Shown here: one piece after another, positions 32,755 through 41,751 of the stretch
How the letters are laid out: each line of letters starts with the position of its first letter
Numbering within the stretch: the stretch's first letter is position 1
DNA from: Vulcanimicrobiota bacterium
Lineage (GTDB): Bacteria > Vulcanimicrobiota > Vulcanimicrobiia > Vulcanimicrobiales > Vulcanimicrobiaceae
Reading direction: 5' to 3'
Assembly (NCBI GenBank): GCA_014304965.1
Contig: JACRTZ010000207.1
Location: forward strand, 1-41,751
DNA length: 41,751 nt
Position numbers and translations under genes: made by a program
Notes under the pieces: generated by a model
Databases searched by the model: none
The model's input: only the letters and a program-made list of their open reading frames with translations
What the model was told of the DNA's origin: nothing

Positions 32755-33174
32755 GTGACCGCGGCGATCCGCGAAGCGCACGCGCGCGACCTCGCGGCGA
32801 TCTTGACGATCGCCTCGACGCTGCCGTGGGACAAGACGCGTTACCTGACCGACGCGCTCGCGAACGGGCACGCGTTCGTCGCCGAGGGCGAGGATGGCGT
32901 GGTTGCGTTCGCAGTGTGGAATCGCGAATTTTTCAGCCTGCCGTTCTTGTGGCTGGTCGTCACCGAGCCGCACCATCGCGGGTTCGGCATCGCAACGCGC
33001 TTGCTCGAAGAGTTCGAGCGGCGCGCCGGACCCGGACGCGTTTTTTCGTCCACGAACGCCAGCAACGCGACGATGCAGCGCATCTTCGAACGGTTCGGGT
33101 ACGAGCGTTGCGGAGATCTCGACCTCGATCCCGGCGACCGCGAAATCTTCTACGTCAAAACGGCCCGCTCGTAG
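32755..33174 (+). CDS. GNAT family N-acetyltransferase
   Basis: 139 aa with the acetyl-CoA binding pattern L.V....RG.GIAT.LL. Confidence 0.8.
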   Translation: MTAAIREAHARDLAAILTIASTLPWDKTRYLTDALANGHAFVAEGEDGVVAFAVWNREFFSLPFLWLVVTEPHHRGFGIATRLLEEFERRAGPGRVFSSTNASNATMQRIFERFGYERCGDLDLDPGDREIFYVKTARS

Positions 33175-33209
33175 CGGCGGCTGCCGAACGCGCCGCCCGA
33201 AAAAACGAA

Positions 33210-33293
33210 TGCCCAGGAAGGGACTCGAACCCCCACAGCCTTGCGGCCACTGGTACCTGAAACCAGCGCGTCTACCAATTCCGCCACCAGGGC
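33210..33293 (-). tRNA. tRNA-Leu (anticodon CAG), CCA not encoded
   Basis: The reverse complement is GCCCTGGTGGCGGAATTGGTAGACGCGCTGGTTTCAGGTACCAGTGGCCGCAAGGCTGTGGGGGTTCGAGTCCCTTCCTGGGCA. It has a class II long variable arm, anticodon stem CTGGT/ACCAG and loop TTCAGGT. A U5-U68 mismatch in the acceptor stem and two G-U pairs in the T stem are noted. Confidence 0.88.
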
Positions 33294-33333
33294 AAGAGCG
33301 CGTCAGTTCGCCGCGCGGTGAGGCGACCCTTGA

Positions 33334-34104
33334 CTATCGCACGTACGAAGCGCCGTTCACGTCCACCGTCGTGCCGCTGGCGTAATCCGCACCTCCGGAC
33401 GCCAGGAACGCGACGATGGACGCCACTTCGGCCGGCGCGCCGACGCGCCGCGCCGGAATCTCCGCTTCGATCTCAGCTCGTCGCACGGCGAGATCGGCGG
33501 CGGCCATGTCGGTCTCGATGAATCCCGGTGCGACCGCGAACGCGACGATTCCGTCGCGCGCGCAGCCGCGCGCGATCGACTTCGTCAGGTTGACGAGCGC
33601 CGCTTTGCTCGCGCCGTAATCGGCAAACGACAGTTCGCCCCGATGAGCCGCGCGCGATGCGACATTGACGATGCGGCCGCGCACGCCGCGCGCGTCCGGG
33701 GGCTGCGCGCGCATCGCGCGCATCGCCGCCCACGCGAGATCGGCGGCCCCGAACAGGTTCACGGCGAAGGTCCGTTCCCAGCCGCGATGCCAGCGTTCGA
33801 AATCGTCGCCGTCGAACGGATTTTCTTCGAACACGCCCGCGTTGTTCACGAGCACGTCGAGACCGCCGAGCCGCGCGACGCACTGCTCGAGCACGTTCGG
33901 CAGCGACCTCCACTCCACTAGGTCGCATCGTTGCGCGAAAACGCCCATGCCGAGTTCGTTCGCAATACGTTCCGCGCGGTCGCCCGCGTCGCGATACGTG
34001 AAGGCAACCGCAGCACCCGCAGCATGCAGGGCGCGCACGATCGCTTCGCCGATGCCGCGCGAGCCGCCGGTCACGATCGCCCGCAAACCCGGCGTCTCGA
34101 TCAC
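33334..34104 (-). CDS. SDR family oxidoreductase (3-oxoacyl-ACP reductase-like)
   Basis: GTG at 34104 overlaps the MFS stop as GTGA. Motifs TGGSRGIG, NNAG and the Y-x3-K motif YGASKAA are present. 256 aa. Confidence 0.85.
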   Translation of the reverse strand: MIETPGLRAIVTGGSRGIGEAIVRALHAAGAAVAFTYRDAGDRAERIANELGMGVFAQRCDLVEWRSLPNVLEQCVARLGGLDVLVNNAGVFEENPFDGDDFERWHRGWERTFAVNLFGAADLAWAAMRAMRAQPPDARGVRGRIVNVASRAAHRGELSFADYGASKAALVNLTKSIARGCARDGIVAFAVAPGFIETDMAAADLAVRRAEIEAEIPARRVGAPAEVASIVAFLASGGADYASGTTVDVNGASYVR

Positions 34105-35321
34105 ACGCGCACCGCCGCGATCGCGCGGCGCGCGAAAACCGCCGGAATCAACCCGACGAGCGAAAACGCCGCAAGCGCGAGCCATGCCGTTTGAAAGCCT
34201 GCAACGTCCACGATCTTTCCGAAGATCGGCGGCGCAACGACGCCGGCTGCGAACAGTCCGGTCAGCGCAACCCCGAGCGCGCTGCCCGCGCGTTCCGGGC
34301 CGCCGATTTCGACTTGCGCCGCCGAATGCACGCCATTCCATCCGGCCGCGGCAAATCCGAACACGAGCGCGAGCGGAAATATGATGAGGGCGGCGTGCGC
34401 GGGAACGAACGCAACGGTGAGCGCGGACCCCGAGACGAGCAGGCACGCGACCATCATCGGAGCGACGCGGTCGTTGTGAAAGATCCGGTCGCTAAGCGCC
34501 CCCCATCCGAGGCGGCCGAGACTCGCGCCGATTTGGGCGACGGCAATCGCGGCGCCCGCAACCGCGACGTGCACGCCGCCCACGCGCACGAGGTGCAATG
34601 GGAAGAACGCGACCATGCTCGACTGTCCCACGATCAGCACCATTCCCGTCACCATGACGAACATCAGCCGAGGATCGCGCGCGATGCCCACCATCGAGAC
34701 GAGCAATTCGCGCACGCGCTTGGGAACGAGCGCCGCGTGATGTTCGGGAACGCGGTACCACTGCGCCGCGACGCCCGCGGTCGCGAGCGCGAGCACGCCT
34801 CCGGCAGCGAGGGCGAAGCCGTAGCCGTACGCGTTCGCCAAGCTCGGCAAGAGCAGCGCGCCGACGAAGCCGCCGAGGGGAACGCCCATCTGCCGAATGC
34901 CCATCGCAAGGCCGCGATCGTGCGTGAACCACAACAGGATCGCGCGGCCGCCGGCCGGCGTCGCCGCCGCATAACCGAGCCCCGTGATCGCCAAGCACCC
35001 GAGCAGCAGCCAATACGTATGAGTGACGGAGCAAAGAAAAAGCGAGAATCCGATCACGATCCCGCTGATCAAAATCATGCGGCGCTCGCCGTACGCGTCC
35101 ACCGCCACGCCGGCAAGCGCCGTTGCGATCGCCGAGCCGAATAACATCGCGCCGACGAGCCAGCCGAATTGCGCGCTCGAAAGGCCGAGTGCTTGCGTGA
35201 TCGCGGGCGCGAGCGTTCCGAGCCCTTGCTGAACGACCGAAGCGCCGAGTTGCGCGCCGGTAACGAGCGCGAGAATAGAGTAGCGCGCCCGCACCGACGG
35301 TAATTCCGGCACCGCGCTCAC
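34101..35321 (-). CDS. MFS transporter
   Basis: GTG at 35321 overlaps the EamA stop as GTGA. 406 aa with about 12 hydrophobic segments and an MFS loop motif (DAYGERRM). The remaining N-terminal part of the 628-aa track ORF is Arg-rich artefact. Confidence 0.8.
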   Translation of the reverse strand: MSAVPELPSVRARYSILALVTGAQLGASVVQQGLGTLAPAITQALGLSSAQFGWLVGAMLFGSAIATALAGVAVDAYGERRMILISGIVIGFSLFLCSVTHTYWLLLGCLAITGLGYAAATPAGGRAILLWFTHDRGLAMGIRQMGVPLGGFVGALLLPSLANAYGYGFALAAGGVLALATAGVAAQWYRVPEHHAALVPKRVRELLVSMVGIARDPRLMFVMVTGMVLIVGQSSMVAFFPLHLVRVGGVHVAVAGAAIAVAQIGASLGRLGWGALSDRIFHNDRVAPMMVACLLVSGSALTVAFVPAHAALIIFPLALVFGFAAAGWNGVHSAAQVEIGGPERAGSALGVALTGLFAAGVVAPPIFGKIVDVAGFQTAWLALAAFSLVGLIPAVFARRAIAAVRV

Positions 35322-36193
35322 GATCGCTGCACGAGCGCGATGCCGAGCGCGATGGCGGCAAGGCCGACGGCATCGTGCCAACTGACGGGTTCGCGCAAGA
35401 ACAGCGCGCTCAGGCCCAGGCCGAAGACCGGGGTCAAGTAATAAAACGCGCTGACGCGGCTCGCCTCGCCTTTGGTCAGCAGCCAAAACCAGATGAGCGA
35501 GGCGCCGACGCTGAGCACCAGCACCAGATACCAGAACGATGCGATCAACTCCGGCGTGAGCACGAGGCGGGGCGCGCCCGAAATCGCGGCCGCAAACGGC
35601 ACCATCATGACCCCGGCGAAAAACATCTGCACGGCGGTGAGCGCGATCAGGCTCTGACCGCCGGCCGAGCGTTTGAACAAGAGGGTCGAAGCGACACCCG
35701 ACAGCACGCCAGCAAACGCCAGCGCGACATCGAGCGGAAGCGCGCTCTGACTGCCGCCGCGGCCGAGCACGACGGCGGCGACGCCGCCGAAACCGAGCAC
35801 GAGCCCGGCGACTTTCAAGCGCGTCAACCGCTCGCCGAGCAATCTCGGCGCAAGCAATCCGAGGACCAGCGGGTTCGTGCTCGCGAGAATGGCGCCCATG
35901 CCGGCCGACAAGCGGCGCATCGCCAGGTACGTGAGCCCGAGATACAGGGTGTTCGCGAGCAGGCCGAGCGCACAGGCCACGAACCATTCACGCGCGTTTG
36001 CCGGAAACGGCCGGCGCAACGCGATGGCCAAGACGGCGAGCAGAGTCCCCGCCGCCAAGAAACGCGCAACCAAAAACCACAGCGGCTGACTTTCGACCGA
36101 AGCGATCTTGCTCGGAACGTACGCCGACGCCCAGAGAAAAACGTAGAAGATCGCGATCGCCGCGGCGAGCCCGCCGCGTTCCGCCCGGCTCAC
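35318..36193 (-). CDS. EamA/DMT family transporter
   Basis: 291 aa with about ten hydrophobic helices arranged as two EamA-like halves. GTG start. Confidence 0.85.
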   Translation of the reverse strand: MSRAERGGLAAAIAIFYVFLWASAYVPSKIASVESQPLWFLVARFLAAGTLLAVLAIALRRPFPANAREWFVACALGLLANTLYLGLTYLAMRRLSAGMGAILASTNPLVLGLLAPRLLGERLTRLKVAGLVLGFGGVAAVVLGRGGSQSALPLDVALAFAGVLSGVASTLLFKRSAGGQSLIALTAVQMFFAGVMMVPFAAAISGAPRLVLTPELIASFWYLVLVLSVGASLIWFWLLTKGEASRVSAFYYLTPVFGLGLSALFLREPVSWHDAVGLAAIALGIALVQRS

Positions 36194-36205
36194 AAGGGGC
36201 GCAAC

Positions 36206-36224
36206 CCGGCCGGGTCCCGGCCGG
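36206..36224. repeat. 19-nt perfect GC palindrome 12 nt upstream of the EamA start
   Basis: The sequence is CCGGCCGGG-T-CCCGGCCGG. Confidence 0.6.
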
Positions 36225-36379
36225 TTTCAGCGTTCCTTCCATAGACCCGGCGTGCGGGTTGAAGTCATCCGCGACGGCGAAGTTCGCGGAATCGCCGTCG
36301 CTCACGGGCCGGCCGGCGGCGCTAACTAGAACGCCCGTCACTGCTTGCATTCACGCGGGGTGCCGAAAATACAAAGAGT

Positions 36380-37264
36380 ATGGACGTCCTGATCATCGGT
36401 GCCACGGGGTACGTGGGCAGCGCAATCGACCGCGCGCTCACGGAGCGGGGCCATCGCACGATCGCGACGGCGCGCAGCGAGGTCGCGCGCGCAAAGCTCG
36501 AGGCCCGCGGCACGGCCGTCGTCTCGGCCGATGCCGGCAAGCCGCAGACGCTCACCGACCACGTCAAGACCGCCGACGCGGTCGTGTATTGCGTCTCGGC
36601 GACGGATCGCGATCCGTTCCAGGTGGACCTCGAAGCGATTCGTGCGATCGCCCGTGCGATGGCCGGAACCGAGCGAACGATGGTCTACGTGAGCGGCACG
36701 TGGGTCTACGGAACGACCGACGGAACCGCCGACGAAAGCGCGCCCTTGCAGCCGCCCGCGCTCGTCGCGCGCCGTCCCGAACTCGAGCGCATGGTGCTCA
36801 ATATGGTTCGCATCGGCATTCGCGGACACGTCGTCCGGCCGGGCATCGTCTACGGCAACGGCGGCGGCATTCCGGCGATGTTCGTTCAATCCGCGCGCGA
36901 GCGTCAGGCGTCGTCCATCGTCGGCGACGGCACCAACCGCTGGGCGACGATCGACTGCGACGATCTCGGACGCCTGGTCGCAAGCGTCATCGAACGCGGC
37001 AAACCGGGCGCCGTGTACAACGCAGTCGGCGACGGAGCGTTCACGGTGCGCGAGATCGCCGAAGCGGCGAGCCGCGGCGCGGGCGCCGAAGGCCGGACGA
37101 TCACGGTCGATCCCGACATTCTGGGACCCTTCGGAGCGTGTCTGACGCTCGATCAAAGCGTCAGCGCAACGCGAGCGAAGAACGATCTCGGCTGGAGTCC
37201 GAGCGCCGGCTCCATTCTCGAAGATATCGAACGCGGCTCGTACCGCGCTCAACTCGCAACGTAG
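36380..37264 (+). CDS. NAD(P)-dependent epimerase/dehydratase-family (atypical SDR) protein
   Basis: The N-terminus MDVLIIGATGYVGSAI is a Rossmann motif. 294 aa. Confidence 0.8.
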   Translation: MDVLIIGATGYVGSAIDRALTERGHRTIATARSEVARAKLEARGTAVVSADAGKPQTLTDHVKTADAVVYCVSATDRDPFQVDLEAIRAIARAMAGTERTMVYVSGTWVYGTTDGTADESAPLQPPALVARRPELERMVLNMVRIGIRGHVVRPGIVYGNGGGIPAMFVQSARERQASSIVGDGTNRWATIDCDDLGRLVASVIERGKPGAVYNAVGDGAFTVREIAEAASRGAGAEGRTITVDPDILGPFGACLTLDQSVSATRAKNDLGWSPSAGSILEDIERGSYRAQLAT

Positions 37265-37306
37265 CGCGGGAGGCGGGGCACGCCGCCTCCTCCAAACCTC
37301 CAGGCC

Positions 37307-37762
37307 GTGCGCGACCGGTACTTTGAAGACTGGGCGGTCGGTGAACGCCTCGAAACCGCGTCGGTCGTTCTTACGGAAGAGCAGATCGTCGCCTTTGCGC
37401 GCGAATTCGATCCGCAGCCGTTTCACGTTGACCCGGACGCGGCCGGCGCGTCCATGTTCGGCCGCCTGATCGCGAGCGGCTGGCACACCACCGCGGTGAC
37501 GATGCGTCTGCTCGTCGATAGCGGCCTGTTCGGCGTGCGCGGCGCGGTCGGTCTCGGCGTGGACGGCTTGCGCTGGACGAAGCCCGTCTACCCCGGCGAC
37601 ACGCTCAGCGTCGTAGCCGAAGTCCTCGAGAAGCGCGCGACGCCCGACAAACCAAGCGGCGTGCTCCACGTGCGCATGACCACGCGCAACCAGCGCGGAG
37701 AAGACGTCATGACGCAGACCGCCGCGATCCTCGCATTGCGCCGCGAGTTCGCCCAGCCATGA
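37307..37762 (+). CDS. MaoC-like (R)-specific enoyl-CoA hydratase/dehydratase
   Basis: The hot-dog fold motif is FAREFDPQPFHVDPDAA....FGRLIASGWHT. 151 aa, GTG start. Confidence 0.85.
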   Translation: MRDRYFEDWAVGERLETASVVLTEEQIVAFAREFDPQPFHVDPDAAGASMFGRLIASGWHTTAVTMRLLVDSGLFGVRGAVGLGVDGLRWTKPVYPGDTLSVVAEVLEKRATPDKPSGVLHVRMTTRNQRGEDVMTQTAAILALRREFAQP

Positions 37763-38694
37763 TGACCGTTGCGACCTCGAACGGACACGTCAATGGAGCG
37801 GCGCACTACCGCCCGAACCGTCGCGGTGCCGTCCTCGTCACGGGCGCGTCCAGCGGCATAGGATTTGCCACCGCGCTGCGGCTCGCGCGTCACGGAACGA
37901 CCGTCTTCGCGGGCATCCGCCGCCAAGCCGACGGCGAGGCGCTGTTGCGCGACGGCGGCGGCAACGTTCGCCCGATGCTGATCGACGTCGCCGATCGCGG
38001 CTCGCTGGTGCGCGCGCGCGCCAAAATCGAGACGTTGACGGAGTTTCGGCTCGACGCGCTCGTCAACAACGCCGGCATCGCGCTCGGCGGACCGCTAGAA
38101 CTGATACCGATGGACGCGCTGCGCCGGCAATTCGAAGTCAATTTTTTCGGCGCCATCGCCGCGATTCAAACCTTCTTACCGCTCTTGCGCGAAAGCGGCG
38201 GCCGAATCGTGAACGTCAGTTCGATTTCCGGAAAGTTCGCAACGCCGTTCATCGGGCCGTACGCCGCTTCGAAATTCGCGCTCGAAGCCGCCAGCGACGC
38301 GCTGCGCCTCGAATTGCGCCCGTTCGGCATCTTCGTGTCGCTCGTCGAACCGGGCTCGGTCAGGACGCCGATCTGGAAACGATCCAGCGATGCGAGCTTG
38401 CGCGTCATCGGAGAATCGCCGCCCGAGGCGCGCGCGCCGTACGCCGCCATGCTGCGTGCGATGGCGGGCCTCGCTGAAAAGATGGAACGCGGCGGCGTCG
38501 AGCCCGAGCGCGTGGCCGCCGTCATCGAGCGCGCGTTGACGTCGGCGCGGCCGCGGGCGCGCTACCTCGTGGGCGCCGATGCGCGGCTTCGCCTGCTGAT
38601 CGCGCGGGTGCCGGAGTTTCTGCGCGATCGTTTGATTCTGGCCGCGCTCGGCGCCGCCGTACCGCCCGGATCCGCCGTGCCCGAAACCCGCTAA
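37759..38694 (+). CDS. SDR family oxidoreductase
   Basis: ATGA overlap with the MaoC gene. Motifs TGASSGIG, NNAG and YAASKFA are present. Confidence 0.88.
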   Translation: MMTVATSNGHVNGAAHYRPNRRGAVLVTGASSGIGFATALRLARHGTTVFAGIRRQADGEALLRDGGGNVRPMLIDVADRGSLVRARAKIETLTEFRLDALVNNAGIALGGPLELIPMDALRRQFEVNFFGAIAAIQTFLPLLRESGGRIVNVSSISGKFATPFIGPYAASKFALEAASDALRLELRPFGIFVSLVEPGSVRTPIWKRSSDASLRVIGESPPEARAPYAAMLRAMAGLAEKMERGGVEPERVAAVIERALTSARPRARYLVGADARLRLLIARVPEFLRDRLILAALGAAVPPGSAVPETR

Positions 38695-38696
38695 CC

Positions 38697-39899
38697 GTGT
38701 TCGCGCGCCTGCTGCCGATCCTGGGCATCACGTTCATCGACATTTTGGGGTTCTCGATCCTGATCCCCATCTTGCCGTACTACGTGCTCCATTTCGGCGC
38801 GCCCGATTGGCAAGTCGGCGCGCTGTTCGCGACGTTCGCCTTCTGTCAGTTTATCGGCGGACCGATCTGGGGCAACGTCAGCGACCGGATCGGGCGCAAG
38901 GCCGTTTTGATCATCAGTCAAATCGGTGCGACGATCGGGTGGGCGATGCTCGCCTTCGCGCCCACGCTCTTTTGGGTGTTCGTCGCGCGCGTCATCGAAG
39001 GGTTCTCGGGCGGCAACATCAGCGTCACGCAGGCCTACGTCGCGGATCGCGTCGAGCCCGAGCAGCGGCCGCGCGCTTTTGCGTACGTCGGCGCGGCGTT
39101 CAGTGCCGGGCTCGTGTTCGGACCGGCGGCCGGCGGACTCTTGCTCGAGCATTTCGGCTACGCAACGCCGTTCTTGCTTGCGGCCGGTCTGCAAGTCGTC
39201 ACCTTACTACTGACGATTTTCTTCTTGCCGGAGACCGTCGCGGCGCATTCGAAGAAGCAAGAGACCGCGACGTTCCGCGACATCCTCCGGTATTTCCGCG
39301 AACCGCGCATCGCGCCGACGCTCGCCCAGAAACTTGCCTATTCGCTCGGACTCTACGCGTGGTTCGCCGCCTTCGCATTGTTTCTCAAAGCGGTCTTGCA
39401 CTTCGGTCCGACCAGCACGAGTTACGCCTTCTCGGCGTTCGGCGTGATCAGCGTCGTGATGCAACTCTTTGCGGTCGGCCGCATCGTCGGCGGCGCCACC
39501 ACGGGGCTCGGCGTACGCCGCGCCTCCAATCTCGGCTTCTTCCTGGGTTGTCTGTTCTTCGTGATCGTCCCGTTCGTGAGTAGTTTCACGGCCTTGATGC
39601 TCACCATGCTACTGTTCTCGGCCACGCTTGCGCTTTCGAACGCGACCTTGCCCGAGCTCTTGACGGCGGCGGTTCCCGAGCACGTCCGAGGCACGGTGCT
39701 CGGCGTCGGAAGCTCGCTCGAATCCATCTCGGGCTCGATCATGCCGATCGTCTCGACCGCAATCCTCGCCGTCTATGGGCCCAGTTGGGCCGGCGCCCTC
39801 TCGGCGTTCTTCGTCTTCATCGCACTGGGCATCGGGCTCGTCATGCAACGTCGCGAGCGGGGCAATCCGCCGGCCGGCGAGGCAAGCGCATCTTCATAG
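38697..39899 (+). CDS. MFS transporter (TetA/TCR-like)
   Basis: 400 aa with 12 predicted hydrophobic segments. The motif G.VSDRIGRK lies after TM2. Confidence 0.85.
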   Translation: MFARLLPILGITFIDILGFSILIPILPYYVLHFGAPDWQVGALFATFAFCQFIGGPIWGNVSDRIGRKAVLIISQIGATIGWAMLAFAPTLFWVFVARVIEGFSGGNISVTQAYVADRVEPEQRPRAFAYVGAAFSAGLVFGPAAGGLLLEHFGYATPFLLAAGLQVVTLLLTIFFLPETVAAHSKKQETATFRDILRYFREPRIAPTLAQKLAYSLGLYAWFAAFALFLKAVLHFGPTSTSYAFSAFGVISVVMQLFAVGRIVGGATTGLGVRRASNLGFFLGCLFFVIVPFVSSFTALMLTMLLFSATLALSNATLPELLTAAVPEHVRGTVLGVGSSLESISGSIMPIVSTAILAVYGPSWAGALSAFFVFIALGIGLVMQRRERGNPPAGEASASS

Positions 39900-39969
39900 G
39901 CTCTCCGCGGGGGCAACGTCTCCGCGCGCTTTCAACGGAAAGCGGGGCGCTCGGCCAGAAAGCACCGGC

Positions 39970-41751
<1,782 letters not shown>

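Noticed and set aside
33176-33209. GGCGGC-(10 nt)-GCCGCC hairpin followed by A6, between the GNAT gene and tRNA-Leu
   Set aside because: The orientation is wrong for a terminator of either flanking gene. On the plus strand an A-run, not a U-run, follows the stem. On the minus strand the U-run precedes the stem.
33175-33333. tRNA-Leu as a possible genomic-island or integrase attachment site
   Set aside because: No integrase, recombinase or phage-like ORF lies on either side, and I could see no direct repeat of the tRNA 3' half nearby. The flanks are ordinary metabolic and transport genes with the same composition.

Overview
This is a GC-rich bacterial chromosomal window (G/C dominates third codon positions). 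It is densely packed with about 43 genes, and many neighbours are joined by 4-nt ATGA/GTGA start-stop overlaps. The content is mostly core or housekeeping. On the minus strand there is a macroglobulin-like gene, then polA, a DUF192 gene, mutM, rpsA and coaE. Further genes are a fumarylacetoacetate hydrolase (FAH-family) gene, an RCK-flanked K+ channel, pntAA-pntAB-pntB, two orphan solute-binding proteins, and a tightly coupled lrp-kdd-kamA (lysine/beta-lysine) block followed by ABM, VOC, oligopeptidase B and PaiB genes. After these come a 1325-aa Kgd/OdhA-type 2-oxoglutarate dehydrogenase, a sorA-like sulfite dehydrogenase with a cytochrome c-cupredoxin fusion partner, tRNA-Leu(CAG), an EamA-MFS-SDR operon, an epimerase-MaoC-SDR-MFS operon, murA and the 5' part of mreB. 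I found no CRISPR array, transposase, integrase, prophage or recognisable defence system. The candidates for novelty are architectural: (1) a complete E2 module with a lipoyl domain fused to E1o; (2) the SorA partner being a heme c/type-1 copper fusion; (3) kamA-kdd coupled to an Lrp regulator with no kamDE, kce or kal in view; (4) a truncated macroglobulin-like secreted protein translationally coupled to polA; (5) mreB with no canonical in-frame start codon. Most long antisense or alternate-frame ORFs in the track are high-GC artefacts. All homology calls come from motif recognition by eye and need HMM or BLAST confirmation.
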